Shown in pieces: positions 22,416 through 33,398 of a stretch of 64,000 nucleotides of DNA. Made by a program: the position numbers and the translations under genes. Under the pieces are notes generated by a model. That model had not been told where the DNA came from and made no database searches. It worked only from the letters and a program-made list of their open reading frames with translations. This DNA is from Synechococcales cyanobacterium VAR_4_metabat_354 (lineage in GTDB: Bacteria > Cyanobacteriota > Cyanobacteriia > Cyanobacteriales > Chamaesiphonaceae): the NCBI GenBank assembly GCA_031414775.1, contig JANOQI010000046.1, positions 116,116-180,115 of the forward strand, given 5' to 3'. Each line of letters starts with the position of its first letter. Within the stretch, counting starts at the first letter, position 1.

Positions 22416-25400
22416 TTAGCTATGAGTTCTATCGGCTAGTAATCGTTGAATAGTAATGGCTAGTTGCTTAAGTCGAACGGGTTTACTAAGATATTCGTTA
22501 GCTCCAGCTTTTAAGCATCTTTCTCGATCTTCTGGCATGGCCAAAGCAGTAAGGGCAATAATTGGAATATTTTTATTTTCCCTCCGAATCTCTTGAATCG
22601 CTTCTAGACCATTAACAGTGGGCATTTGAATATCCATTAAAATTAGGTGTGGAGCCTGTAATTTATATAGATCGATCGCCTCTTGTCCATTACTTGCCAA
22701 AATTAGGTGATAGCCACGACTTTCGAGGTAATTCACAAAAGTTTCAATATTGGCTTGATTATCTTCTGCTAACAAAATGAGAGGTTGCTGACGATCCGTT
22801 GTGGTCAATTTTCCTACGTCTTGTTTATGTTCTAGTAAAGATGGAATCATCTCTTCTGGTTGAATATATTGCTTAGTGTATGGTAGATGTACTGTAAAGC
22901 AACTACCTTTTCCTACTTCACTTTCTACTGTTACCCAACCGCCATGTAAATTAACAATTTGTTTTACTAAGGCTAGTCCCAATCCAGTGCCTGCATACTG
23001 GCGGCTGAGACTGCTATCAATTTGGACAAAAGGCTGAAAAAGTTTTGCTAAATCATCCGGCGCAATGCCAATACCATTATCAATGATCGAGAAACATAGA
23101 ACATTGTGAGGCTCTGCTGAATTGAACACCACTTCTTTAGCCGCTGAGCTTTCGAGGTAGGTATTTAGTAAGATCTGACCACCAGCAGGAGTGAATTTAA
23201 CAGCATTACTGAGTAAGTTAATCAATACCTGGCGGATGCGTCGTTCATCGACACAGGTTTTTTCGATACCAGGCTGACAATTACTAATTAAACGGATATC
23301 TTTTTGCTGTGCCTGTTGTCTAACAAAAGATAAGCTAGAGTTACTTAGTTGCTCAATAGCAACAGCCACTAATTCAAGTTCTAGCTTCCCGGCTTCGATT
23401 TTCGAGATTTCCAAAATATCGTTAATTAGCGACAGCAGATGTTTCCCCCCTTTTTCGATTATTTGTAGAGACTTCTGCTGACGCTCATTTATTGAGCCAA
23501 AAACTTCTTCTTGTAAACCTTCTGACATGCCCAGAATTGCATTGAGCGGAGTGCGCAATTCATGACTCATATTAGCTAAGAATGCACTCTTCGATTGATT
23601 CGCTTGATCGGCAGATTCCTTGGCTGCTTTTAGTTCGATCGTGCGTTCCGCAACTCGTTGCTCTAAAACTACTAATGATTCTTGCTGCTTGGTATAGAGG
23701 ATGGCATTCTCGATCGAGATGGCTGCTTGGGCAGTTAATAATTTTAGGAGGTCGATGCGATCATTAGTAAAGGCGCCAGATGTTAGACTATTCTCTAAAT
23801 AGATTACCCCAATTAATCTGCCCTGATTGATAATTGGACAGCACAAAATACTCAGCAATTGATGTTGCTGAATATAGAAATCGTTTGAAAATTCAGGATG
23901 CTTGTTAGCATCGTCTAATACCAATGGTTCTACACCAATTTGAACAAAGTTAACAACACTAACCGGAACATCTTGACTATCTTCTAAATTGACAGGGAGA
24001 ATAACTTGGGGTTGTTGTCCTACTTCGATCCGGGCGATTATCTGTAAGGTCTGCTTTTGTTGTAAGAGTAAAACACACTTATCAGCGCCAGCATTAGTAA
24101 TTAGAATGGTGAGTAGTGTGGCCAGGAGTTTATTCAGTTCGATGTCTTCTGAGATAGCTTGAGATGCTCTAAAGAGGGTTGATAGATCTAGTAAATTGGA
24201 ACCATTAGTAGAGAATAAAGACATTTCTGCCTTTCTCTCGGCATTAGAAATCAGAGATAGTAGTTGTGGATAACGGGCAGTGAGATCATTAACTTTAGCT
24301 GTGGCTCCCCAGTGAATGTAACAATAATAAGCCTCCGTCATATAAACCTGAGCCACTTTATCTTTGCCCCAATCTAGATAAAATTTAGCAGCCAGCTCGT
24401 TAGCGAGGGCTTCTTCATTGATAAATTGATTTACTTGAGCACCCTTAATAGCTAAATCATAGTGTTCGATCGCGATGACTCTGTTGCCCAAAACCCGCTG
24501 CTTTTCAGCTTCGATCAGATGCCACTTATGCTGATAATTAGTCGGAGCAGTTTGTGCCCACTGTGCCAGAGTGGCTTGATGGATTTCTATCTGGGTCAGG
24601 ATTTTGGCTGGTACTACTGTAATGAGTGCTAGGTGTGTCAGGGCTGTATAAAAGTGGAAAACTGGCACCAACATCATTCCTGATACTGCCAGCAAATATT
24701 GGTTGGCCTGTTGCTGGTGTGCCATTGCTGCCGGATAGTTACCAAAGTAATAGGCTAGCAATAGCTTGTAAATATAGACATAGGCACTGCCACTGAGATC
24801 ATGATCCTGTTGGTGTCTAGGTAACATCACCGTTTCATCATAGATATCTCCCTGGAGATCATCAGGTCGATTGGTGATTTCCATGAAATTCTGAACTACT
24901 TGCCTCTTAATATCTAAATGATTCCGGGCAGATTGCTGCTTCATCTGCCCTAATGCGTTGCTATAAGCTGATATTTCTTCTATCCAGTTGTCTAGTTTTA
25001 CCCCACTGAGTAAGTTAGCTTCACAGTAACAATTAATGCTGTAGCCCGCATTCAGCAAGGCTCCAGCTTCCATACCAGCTATATACCCATTTTTGAGAGT
25101 TGGCATTACTGCGCGCAAAGATTCTTGGCGATGTTGAATCCAACCACCAAAAACTAAGAGAATCGTGCTTTTGAATTCTCGGGCATCAAAGCGATCAAGC
25201 AAACTTATGGCCAATTCCCCAAAGCAATGTCCTCTTTTTACGTCACCCAGAAAAGAACTGAGTACTAGACCGTAGTTGGCATATCCTACTAAGGATGCTG
25301 GTGTATTGCCAAACTGGAGTGATAGATTCACCATCATCGCACTCATGATTGGCATCAAGCTGGGCATACCAATGAAGATAGGTGCTCCTAAAATTACGCA

Positions 25401-28232
25401 CAGTTTCATCGCCGACTGAGCATGGGGATCTTTCATGATTGGCAGATCTAAAAGATCCTGAATTGCTCGACTCTGAAGTTGGTTTGCTAGGGACTGTAAT
25501 GCTTGACCTGTCGTTGCTTCATCGGGGGAAGCCGAGAGGTTAAATCCTAATTCTTGAAGTGCTGCTCTGCCAATATCGATCGCCTTGAGCATGTCACCGT
25601 TAGCTGTTTGCGACCAGATTTGAAATTGGTAAATTTTCACTTTATCTAAAATAGTTCTAGCTTCTTGCAAGACTACCTTGCCTATCCGTTCCATGGTCTC
25701 CGGGTCGCCACTGAGGTAAGCTGTTTCGGCCGCTGCCACATACAGGCCAAGAGCCAAATCATATTGGGTTTGCCAACAGTCTGGATCCAGCAGCTCTATA
25801 CCAGTTTGCAGATAAATATTAGCAGCGGTGTAAGCAGTAGAACTCCAGGCTTTTCCACCGGCAGCTAAATTTAGTGTTGCTAGTTTTTCTCGATCGCCAG
25901 GTTGAGTAATTAATTCTTTGCCCCGATTTAAATGTCCGACAATATCAAACAGTTGCTCGTCTTGGACTGTTCCAGAAAATTTATGCTGAAGTAGTTGTCC
26001 AATTTTGAGATGAGTTACTTGTTTTTGCTGGTCGGAAACTAAGGAATAAGCCGCTTGTTGGATGCGATCATGGGGGAAACGATAAAATGGATTGGCCTGT
26101 CGCAAGGAAATAGAATAGTTTGACTCATTGATAAAGCATTGCTGATTTTCTGTTTGGGGAATAATTAAACTCTCTTTTAACAAGGGCCATAGTGCTGTGG
26201 CAGTATCATCCAGTGACCAATCCAAAACTAATGCCAGGGTTAGCAGATCGAACTGTTTTCCCATCCCAGAGGCAAATTGGAGTACTTGTTTGGTGGATAT
26301 AGGTAGTTTCTGTAATTGCAGCACCATGAACTCAACCACATCATCAGTAATCACCTGCGTAACATCCCATTGCCACTGTCGTCTTTGAGAATCAAAAAAA
26401 ATTTGCCCTTCTTGATACAAAGCTTTAAGTAGTTGATTAATAAAAAAGGGATTACCTTGAGTTTTTTGATACACCAGCGTTGTTAGGGATCTTGCTACAA
26501 ACACCGTACATTTGAGTGTGTCGGCAATTAACTGATCTATATCTGGCAGCTTTAATGGTTGCAAGCTAATTGTACTAATATTGGTTCCAGCTGCTTGGAC
26601 ATCATTCACCATTAATTTCAACGGGTGAACAGGTGAGACTTCGTGATCGCGGTAAGCACCTAATATTAGTAAATACTGTGTGTTCTGTATTAAAGTTTGT
26701 AATAACTTCAAAGATTCAGCATCTGCCCACTGCAAATCATCGAGAAATAAAACTAGGGGATGTGCGGCGGTGCTAAACACCTGTACAAACTTCTGCATCA
26801 CCAGATTAAAGTGATGTTGTGCACCACTACCTGATAATTTAGGAGGGAGAGATTGTTTACCAATAATTCTCTCTAACTCTGGAAACACCTCAATTAATAT
26901 TTGTCCATTTTCTCCCACAGCTTCCAGAATCCTAGTTTTCCACACCTGGAGTTGAGTGCTTGAGTCAGCAAGTACTTGTCTCAGTAAATTACGAAAGGCT
27001 TGCACTAATGCTGAAAATGGAATATTACGTTGGAATTGTTCGTACTTACCCTGGATAAAGTAACCTCGCTGTCCCACAATTGGCTTATGAATTTCTTGGA
27101 TGATGGCAGTTTTCCCAATTCCGGAAAACCCGGCGATGAGCATCATTTCTGTCACTCCTTTGCTTATCCTTTCAAAGGCATTTAGTAGTGTCTCAACTTC
27201 TGCTTCTCGCCCATAGAGTTTTTCTGGGATTAAGAATCGATCGCTGATGTCCTTGGTACCTAGATCAAATGCTGGGATCGTACCTGTTGTCTGTAATTGA
27301 GTCAGACAAAATTCTAGATCGTATTGTATTCCAGAGGCACTCTGGTAGCGGTTTTCCGCATTTTTAGCCATTAGTTTACTGATGATATCAGCCAAAACTA
27401 GTGGCACGGATGGTTGTAGCTGTCTAATTGGAATAGGCTGCTGGGCTAGGTGACAATGCACTAACTGCATTGGATCGTCCGTAGTAAAAGGTAACTGCCC
27501 AGTCAATAATTCATAGCAGGTTACACCAAAAGCATAAAAGTCACTGCGGTAATCAACACCCCGATTCATCCGACCAGTTTGCTCTGGCGACATGTATGCT
27601 AATGTCCCTTCTAGGGTATTGATATGATGAATGTCTTGAACTTCTCTGGGTAGTGATGAAGAAATATTAAAATCGATTAGTTTAACCTGTTTGGTTTCTG
27701 GGTTGATTAAGATGTTGGCAGGTTTTATATCTTTGTGAATTATCTGATAATGATGCAAATCATTTAAAGCGGCAGCAATTTGAATCGCTATTTGTAAAAA
27801 TGTTGTCAAATTCTGTGAATTATTACCAAATGCTTTAGTGTGATTTCGTTCTTTCCCACCCAATTTTTCAAGTACATTTTTAAGAGAAATGCCCCCATAG
27901 TCTTCCAATACTAGGGCATAAGAGTGCTGATAATCTTCAAATGCAAAGGTTTTAACAAGAGTAGGTGCATCAAAATCTTTGGCAATGGTGTATTGATGAC
28001 GAAACTGAGTAATCTCATTAAAATCAGGAAATCGATTCCGCAAAATTTTGATCACGACTGGATATTGATCATATTCTCGTATCCCTCGATAAACTAGAGT
28101 ACGAGTTCCTTGGTATATCTGTGCTGTGATTTGATATTTTGGCAATTCTGGAAAGTTATGAGACCAAAAATCAGTATTATTAGTCTCACCAAAACTACTA
28201 AATTCATTATCAATGATGAAGGAGTCTGACAT
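22416..28232 (-). CDS. Hybrid Ser/Thr kinase - AAA/STAND ATPase - GAF - histidine kinase - receiver protein
   Basis: [27 protein letters not shown] (LIGVIYLEN), [21 protein letters not shown], receiver LLAEDN..MDIQMP..KP. Confidence 0.93.
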   Translation of the reverse strand: MSDSFIIDNEFSSFGETNNTDFWSHNFPELPKYQITAQIYQGTRTLVYRGIREYDQYPVVIKILRNRFPDFNEITQFRHQYTIAKDFDAPTLVKTFAFEDYQHSYALVLEDYGGISLKNVLEKLGGKERNHTKAFGNNSQNLTTFLQIAIQIAAALNDLHHYQIIHKDIKPANILINPETKQVKLIDFNISSSLPREVQDIHHINTLEGTLAYMSPEQTGRMNRGVDYRSDFYAFGVTCYELLTGQLPFTTDDPMQLVHCHLAQQPIPIRQLQPSVPLVLADIISKLMAKNAENRYQSASGIQYDLEFCLTQLQTTGTIPAFDLGTKDISDRFLIPEKLYGREAEVETLLNAFERISKGVTEMMLIAGFSGIGKTAIIQEIHKPIVGQRGYFIQGKYEQFQRNIPFSALVQAFRNLLRQVLADSSTQLQVWKTRILEAVGENGQILIEVFPELERIIGKQSLPPKLSGSGAQHHFNLVMQKFVQVFSTAAHPLVLFLDDLQWADAESLKLLQTLIQNTQYLLILGAYRDHEVSPVHPLKLMVNDVQAAGTNISTISLQPLKLPDIDQLIADTLKCTVFVARSLTTLVYQKTQGNPFFINQLLKALYQEGQIFFDSQRRQWQWDVTQVITDDVVEFMVLQLQKLPISTKQVLQFASGMGKQFDLLTLALVLDWSLDDTATALWPLLKESLIIPQTENQQCFINESNYSISLRQANPFYRFPHDRIQQAAYSLVSDQQKQVTHLKIGQLLQHKFSGTVQDEQLFDIVGHLNRGKELITQPGDREKLATLNLAAGGKAWSSTAYTAANIYLQTGIELLDPDCWQTQYDLALGLYVAAAETAYLSGDPETMERIGKVVLQEARTILDKVKIYQFQIWSQTANGDMLKAIDIGRAALQELGFNLSASPDEATTGQALQSLANQLQSRAIQDLLDLPIMKDPHAQSAMKLCVILGAPIFIGMPSLMPIMSAMMVNLSLQFGNTPASLVGYANYGLVLSSFLGDVKRGHCFGELAISLLDRFDAREFKSTILLVFGGWIQHRQESLRAVMPTLKNGYIAGMEAGALLNAGYSINCYCEANLLSGVKLDNWIEEISAYSNALGQMKQQSARNHLDIKRQVVQNFMEITNRPDDLQGDIYDETVMLPRHQQDHDLSGSAYVYIYKLLLAYYFGNYPAAMAHQQQANQYLLAVSGMMLVPVFHFYTALTHLALITVVPAKILTQIEIHQATLAQWAQTAPTNYQHKWHLIEAEKQRVLGNRVIAIEHYDLAIKGAQVNQFINEEALANELAAKFYLDWGKDKVAQVYMTEAYYCYIHWGATAKVNDLTARYPQLLSLISNAERKAEMSLFSTNGSNLLDLSTLFRASQAISEDIELNKLLATLLTILITNAGADKCVLLLQQKQTLQIIARIEVGQQPQVILPVNLEDSQDVPVSVVNFVQIGVEPLVLDDANKHPEFSNDFYIQQHQLLSILCCPIINQGRLIGVIYLENSLTSGAFTNDRIDLLKLLTAQAAISIENAILYTKQQESLVVLEQRVAERTIELKAAKESADQANQSKSAFLANMSHELRTPLNAILGMSEGLQEEVFGSINERQQKSLQIIEKGGKHLLSLINDILEISKIEAGKLELELVAVAIEQLSNSSLSFVRQQAQQKDIRLISNCQPGIEKTCVDERRIRQVLINLLSNAVKFTPAGGQILLNTYLESSAAKEVVFNSAEPHNVLCFSIIDNGIGIAPDDLAKLFQPFVQIDSSLSRQYAGTGLGLALVKQIVNLHGGWVTVESEVGKGSCFTVHLPYTKQYIQPEEMIPSLLEHKQDVGKLTTTDRQQPLILLAEDNQANIETFVNYLESRGYHLILASNGQEAIDLYKLQAPHLILMDIQMPTVNGLEAIQEIRRENKNIPIIALTALAMPEDRERCLKAGANEYLSKPVRLKQLAITIQRLLADRTHS

Positions 28233-28385
28233 TTGTATTAATCTATGTTGTTTTGGAATCCATTAGATTTAACTTTTGTCTATCCTCGGAATTTTACATA
28301 TTAATTCTGAAGATATAATGAAGCATTCTCTGTATTGCTGTGGCCAGAGCTTGGGAATTTTGATATAAATAAGTGCTGTATATTT

Positions 28386-28394
28386 AGTATTCCC
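28386..28394 (-). promoter_or_regulatory. Possible SigJ/SigF-type extended -10 (GGGAATACT)
   Basis: Exact GGGAATACT on the minus strand ~155 bp upstream of the hybrid kinase start. Confidence 0.4.
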
Positions 28395-28497
28395 AACTAT
28401 TCTATAGGAATAACCTCCTGGAGGAAACAAATTATTACTACTATATTGACTAATTTATTGATAAGTTTTGTTTAATCCTCTATCCTCAAGCAGGGCT

Positions 28498-28964
28498 ATA
28501 GTAGGTAGAGTTCTCACCGCTTGTGGAATCAAACCAATTAAGGAATGGCAATAGTTGTTTAAGGCATTCTGGCTATATGGGGCTGTGGAACCTGCTACAG
28601 GATAGTCTTTTTTTCTGCAATTTTCTCATGTCGAGACTGAGTGCTTTCAGATATTTTTGGATAAATTTTCCCAGGTTTATCCGGATAGCCTCAATATTAT
28701 TCAGGTGGACAATGGCCGTTTTCATACCAGCAAGAAGTTGGTGCTACCAGAGAATATCATTTTGTTGTTTCAGCCTCCTTATTGTCCAGAGTTAAATCCA
28801 ATTGAGCACTTGTGGCAATACCTAAAATCTGATTTACGGTGGGCTTCTTTTAAAACCCTAGAGCAACTTTTGGTGCAGTTGACTCCTGAAGTGATTGCTT
28901 CCGTTACAGGATATCCCTTTATTCTGGATGCTCTATCTGTCGTTAATACTACTTAAATTAGTAT
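28498..28964 (+). pseudogene. IS630-family transposase remnant
   Basis: GIKPIKEWQ*..WLYGAVEPATG*..VDNGRFH..FQPPYCPELNPIEHLW with in-frame stops; N-terminus absent. Confidence 0.85.
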
Positions 28965-28994
28965 AAAATTACTTTTAAAGTGGCATTCAGACCA

Positions 28995-29046
28995 AAACTC
29001 GATAAAAAAACATCAGTCTAAAGACTGATGCTTTTTTATCGAGTTT
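28995..29046. terminator. Long stem-loop, probable bidirectional terminator
   Basis: AAACTCGATAAAAAA-CATCAGTCT / AGACTGATG-TTTTTTATCGAGTTT. Confidence 0.75.
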
Positions 29047-29103
29047 CTAGATGATTGTTCCTTGTGAAAAGGATTAAACAAGAACATCTAAAATAAACTA
29101 AAT

Positions 29104-29568
29104 TTAGAAGCGGAAAGCACCACCAAGGGTGACACTAGTACCACCATCAGCACTGTTAAAAGGAATGTCAACAGTACCATTCAAAGCAAATTCTCTGGTG
29201 AAGTTCCAGTCAGCACCAGCTAGGAATGAGCCAGTTGTTGCTGTTGCACCACCGCCGGTAGCGAAGTTGATACCAGCTCCGACGAATGGAGTGAGTGGTG
29301 ATCTACGACCTAAATCCCAGTCATAAGTAAGGCCACTACCAAAAACAGTACCGCCAGCAGGAAAGGTAATGAAAGGTCGCAGAGATAAGTTATCAGCAAT
29401 ACCTAACTTACTATTGATACCAAAAACGGAGTTACCATTACCGAAGGTGACAGTAGGACCAACTTGGTTGAATCCTCTACCACCAGCTTGTGCAGCATTA
29501 GGCATTTGAGTAACTGCGGCGGCAGCTGCTGCAACAGTGATTACAGTCGTTAATAAAATTCTTTTCAT
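29104..29568 (-). CDS. Small outer-membrane beta-barrel protein
   Basis: Signal peptide (AQA), amphipathic strands, TPFVGAG, C-terminal GGAFRF. Confidence 0.8.
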   Translation of the reverse strand: MKRILLTTVITVAAAAAAVTQMPNAAQAGGRGFNQVGPTVTFGNGNSVFGINSKLGIADNLSLRPFITFPAGGTVFGSGLTYDWDLGRRSPLTPFVGAGINFATGGGATATTGSFLAGADWNFTREFALNGTVDIPFNSADGGTSVTLGGAFRF

Positions 29569-29732
29569 AGTTCGGTCACTCCCAAAATTTTCATTTCTAC
29601 TATACTACATAGTCCGATGCGCTTGCCATCTTCCTTGACTAGGCATTGGCCTGCATATCTTCCTTGACAGCGAACATCAAGAAATGTTCCCAAAATTGTT
29701 TCAATTCTCAGCAAAACATTATCCTAATCACT

Positions 29733-30962
29733 TCAAAAAGTTTGATGGTTTATCAAAGTTGGATAATCCTCGCGGGTTCTGATGAGCCGATAGTTGTGGC
29801 CATCAATCAAGACTTCCGCTGGCCGGGGTCGGTGAAGGAAGTGTGAAGACATGGCGTAACCATAAGCTCCCACATCTGATATGGAAACAATGTCATCAAT
29901 GGCGAGGCGGGGCAACAGGCAATTGCGCCCCAGATAATCGCGGGAATAAGTAGTGTTGCCGCAAACATCAGTAGTGAATAACTTCTGATCTAGTGTAGTT
30001 GCAGTAGGATCATTCCAGGTAAAGATTTGACGATAACCACCATGCACTGATGGTACTGATAGATTAGCTACTGTGGTATCGACTCCAATAATTTGTTTCT
30101 GTCCTTGCCACTTGGTGGATACTACTCGGGCTAATAAAACAGCACACCCAGCAATCACTGCTCGACCTGGTTCTATTGCTAACTGGATGGGGAAATCTAG
30201 CTGTAATAGTCGGTTACTTAAGGTTGCTCCAAACGCTGGCCAGTCGAAGGCCATCCCATCAGACTGATAGGGATAGCCAAAGCCACCACCAAAGTCTATA
30301 TAAGACCAATCTGGTAATTGAGTAGCCAAGTTCAAGACGGTATCGATCGCATCGGTAAAGGCTTTGGTGGCATTGGTGCCGGTGCCACGATAAAAATGTA
30401 AACCATCTAAGGTCAAACCAGCAACTTGGGTGATATCGATCGCTTGACTAAATTCATCGGGATGTACGCCAATTCGGCTATTACCAGTCAAGGTGGGATA
30501 ATTCAACCGCAATCCCAGCTGGGGTTTGGCATAATCTTTACAGTAGAGATCGCACAGTAATTGCAATTGACTTAAACTATCGAGATTAACCGTGCGAATA
30601 CCCCAGGCCAAAAGTTGGCGCATCTCTTCCCGGTTAAGATTACTACCGCTATAGACAATTTGATGAGGGTTAAAGCCAGCCTGAAGACCTAAATAGATAT
30701 CGCCGGGCGTGTTGGCATGTAAGCCCCAACCCCGCTCTCGAAAAATTTGGAGGAGGGCAATATTGCCATTGGTCACGCTGGCGAAATGGAACTGGGTGTG
30801 GGGGTAGGAAATAGAATTAGTAATATGGTCGATAGTAGACAACAATTGATCGCGCTGATAAACATACAGGGGTGATCCGTAGGTATTTAATAGTGTTTTG
30901 GCTATATCGATCGAGAATGGTACTGAATTCTTATTAGTCACTGGCGCAGCTGATTCAGTCAT
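29733..30962 (-). CDS. Diaminopimelate decarboxylase-like fold-type III protein, non-canonical active site
   Basis: YGSPLYVY, DFGGGFG, IEPGR, DVGAYG present; FASVTN replaces YAVKAN. Confidence 0.8.
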   Translation of the reverse strand: MTESAAPVTNKNSVPFSIDIAKTLLNTYGSPLYVYQRDQLLSTIDHITNSISYPHTQFHFASVTNGNIALLQIFRERGWGLHANTPGDIYLGLQAGFNPHQIVYSGSNLNREEMRQLLAWGIRTVNLDSLSQLQLLCDLYCKDYAKPQLGLRLNYPTLTGNSRIGVHPDEFSQAIDITQVAGLTLDGLHFYRGTGTNATKAFTDAIDTVLNLATQLPDWSYIDFGGGFGYPYQSDGMAFDWPAFGATLSNRLLQLDFPIQLAIEPGRAVIAGCAVLLARVVSTKWQGQKQIIGVDTTVANLSVPSVHGGYRQIFTWNDPTATTLDQKLFTTDVCGNTTYSRDYLGRNCLLPRLAIDDIVSISDVGAYGYAMSSHFLHRPRPAEVLIDGHNYRLIRTREDYPTLINHQTF

Positions 30963-30998
30963 TATTCCTTGATACGTATTGAATGTTTATGAATGTTT

Positions 30999-32663
30999 TT
31001 AGCGATCACCAGTTCGGGAGTTAATAGCTTTCCATAGCGGCTGTGGCCACCAAAAAGGGTGATTCCAACTGTGTGGAGGATCAGATTGTCCTAAGACTTG
31101 AGTGCGCCAGCGCTCCCACATAACAATTAACCACAAAATCTCGCCCATCCGCCGTCCTTGTATCACACCACCAAATTTGCCACTCACCAATCGATCCGCT
31201 AAATCCGGCTGCCAGCAACCAGCTTGCTTTAACACATGGGGATTGAGCCAAGTGCCTAGTTCTGACCATAATCCTGGTACTAGCCAGGGCGTGAGCGGCA
31301 CGCCCATCCCGCGTTTGGTACGCCAAACAATTTCGGGCGGTAGTAAGTTATCTATGGCTTTTTTGAGGATATATTTTTCACAAGAGCCTTGCAAATGCAG
31401 GGTGCCGGAAACTCCAAATGTCCATTCAGCTAGGGGCAAGTCACAGAATATCGATCGAACTCGTAAACCATGCCAACTAGCCAAATTACTAGCACGAGGC
31501 TGGATATTTTGGGCACCTTTCAGCATCAAGGTCGCTCGGCGCAGGCGGTGGAGCAAATCATTTGTCCAGCCTGGATCTAAAGCAGCATCAACCCAATCAT
31601 GAGGTTCCGGCAACTGGGAGATAATTTGTGGCTGGAAAACTTGGGCTGTGTAGCCGTATAAACGATGAAAAGTCTGAAGATAATGCTGAGTAAAATCGGC
31701 AGCACCACCGTAGATACTGGCTGCAATCAGGGGTTTATTTGTCCAGCCTCCAAACAACTGGTCACCACCTTCACCATTAAAAATTACTGATACTTCAGAA
31801 CTGGCTGCTTGGCATAATAAATAGAGTGGAACCGTCACCCCATCGCCAAAAGGCAGATCTAGTGCTTGAGCCGTGGCATCGATCGATCTCTTCACTAACT
31901 GTGGATTGACCGGTACTTTGCGAAGGGGAATTTTCAGATGGGTGGCGACTTGGGCGGCGTAGGGCAGTTCGGAAACACCGTATTCACCAAAATCTAGGGT
32001 GTAGGCCAAGAGTTTGATGCCGTTCTTGACCAATAGTGCTGCGGCGATCGAAGAATCTAAACCACCGGATAGTAATACTCCTACCGGTTCGTCTGGTAAA
32101 TCCTGAATTTGACGTTGGATCGCTAGCTGCAATAGATTTTGCAGTTGATCGATCGCTATATTTTCATCAGTTAGCTGGGTCGGGGATTGTTGCCACTGCT
32201 GTTGATGGATAATTATGGGTGGTTGATTGGTTGCCGACCATTGTAATTCTTGTCCGGCTGGCACTGAGTGAATACCGGCGATCGGAGTCAACGGATTGGG
32301 GACGTAGGAAAAGCAGCTATAGCCGTAGAGGGCTGCGTGATCGATCATTGGCTGTGCCAGTAGTGGCAACAGTAGCCGGATATGAGACGCAAAGTAGATG
32401 GTGGTATCAATTTCTGTCCAATACAGAGTCAGACAACCAAACGGTTCCCGCCCCAGAATCAAACGATTGTCTTGTTGCCGCACCCAGATATTCGAAGCCA
32501 GTCCTGATGACGAAAGACCCTGCGGCTGGTTGGTAAGAGGCTGAATATTTTTTGCTTTTATTCCAGCTCGCTGGTATAAAAGCTGCACAGATGGGGCTTG
32601 CCCCCAATAGCCCACTAGTTGCTGAGCTGTAATTACTACACCACTACAAATCTCTTGCCCCAT
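30999..32663 (-). CDS. Asparagine synthetase-family ATP-dependent amide ligase with degenerate glutaminase domain
   Basis: LLSGGLDSS PP-loop, GEGGDQLFGG, EKYILK, WRTKRGMGVP; no N-terminal Met-Cys. Confidence 0.85.
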   Translation of the reverse strand: MGQEICSGVVITAQQLVGYWGQAPSVQLLYQRAGIKAKNIQPLTNQPQGLSSSGLASNIWVRQQDNRLILGREPFGCLTLYWTEIDTTIYFASHIRLLLPLLAQPMIDHAALYGYSCFSYVPNPLTPIAGIHSVPAGQELQWSATNQPPIIIHQQQWQQSPTQLTDENIAIDQLQNLLQLAIQRQIQDLPDEPVGVLLSGGLDSSIAAALLVKNGIKLLAYTLDFGEYGVSELPYAAQVATHLKIPLRKVPVNPQLVKRSIDATAQALDLPFGDGVTVPLYLLCQAASSEVSVIFNGEGGDQLFGGWTNKPLIAASIYGGAADFTQHYLQTFHRLYGYTAQVFQPQIISQLPEPHDWVDAALDPGWTNDLLHRLRRATLMLKGAQNIQPRASNLASWHGLRVRSIFCDLPLAEWTFGVSGTLHLQGSCEKYILKKAIDNLLPPEIVWRTKRGMGVPLTPWLVPGLWSELGTWLNPHVLKQAGCWQPDLADRLVSGKFGGVIQGRRMGEILWLIVMWERWRTQVLGQSDPPHSWNHPFWWPQPLWKAINSRTGDR

Positions 32664-33281
32664 CTATTTCACGTCGAAGGGCGCTTGTTTAATTAATCGA
32701 TCGCCAGTTTTGATTTGAACTTGCCAAGCACCATTAGCGGCATCCAATGGCAATTGATAGCGACACTGGGTATTCCAGACCGGAGTAGTAATATTTTTGG
32801 TCTCGAAGCGATTACTGTGGGCGATTTGACCAGCGGGATCTAGCCAATTGCAGTTGAGGGCTAGTTTTTCGCCCACCGGGGCATCATTCAGCGTAACGAG
32901 GTAAGCCAGATTATTACCCTTGTTGACTACTTTTAAATTTGCGCCCTGATCAGGTGTCAAAGTGATCCGATCGCTACTAGCGCGAACTTTACTAATGGTC
33001 TGAGATTTGTTTTGCAGCCACAGCAAGGGAGCAATTACCAACAAAGACCCGACGACAGCCCCGGCGATCGCCATTCTAATAGTACGTTGACGCTGCTTGA
33101 CTAAAGCTTCTTGGCGACTGATCTGGATCATGGCATCATCCAGCAATTCCGGTGGCAGATTGAGTTCGATCAGAATTTTTTGAACTTCCGACTTATCTAA
33201 TTCATCTTGTTCGCGGTTAGCCAATCTCTCGACTTCACCGACGATCTGCGTGAGTTGTTGAGTGGTTAAGCGCTTTTCCAT
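32664..33281 (-). CDS. Single-pass membrane protein with C-terminal Ig-like domain (DUF3859-like)
   Basis: LTQIVGEVERL..ELNLPPELLDDAM, TM helix, CNWLDPAG..C..GAWQV. Confidence 0.7.
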   Translation of the reverse strand: MEKRLTTQQLTQIVGEVERLANREQDELDKSEVQKILIELNLPPELLDDAMIQISRQEALVKQRQRTIRMAIAGAVVGSLLVIAPLLWLQNKSQTISKVRASSDRITLTPDQGANLKVVNKGNNLAYLVTLNDAPVGEKLALNCNWLDPAGQIAHSNRFETKNITTPVWNTQCRYQLPLDAANGAWQVQIKTGDRLIKQAPFDVK

Positions 33282-33398
33282 GATGTTTGTATTCTGCTGG
33301 TGCTTTCATTATAGATCTGCACCACCGAGTCCCACCAATGTAATGGATTTGCTAGACTGGGAAGTGCCCAGGATGCCGAATTTTTGCAGGTTATTTTT

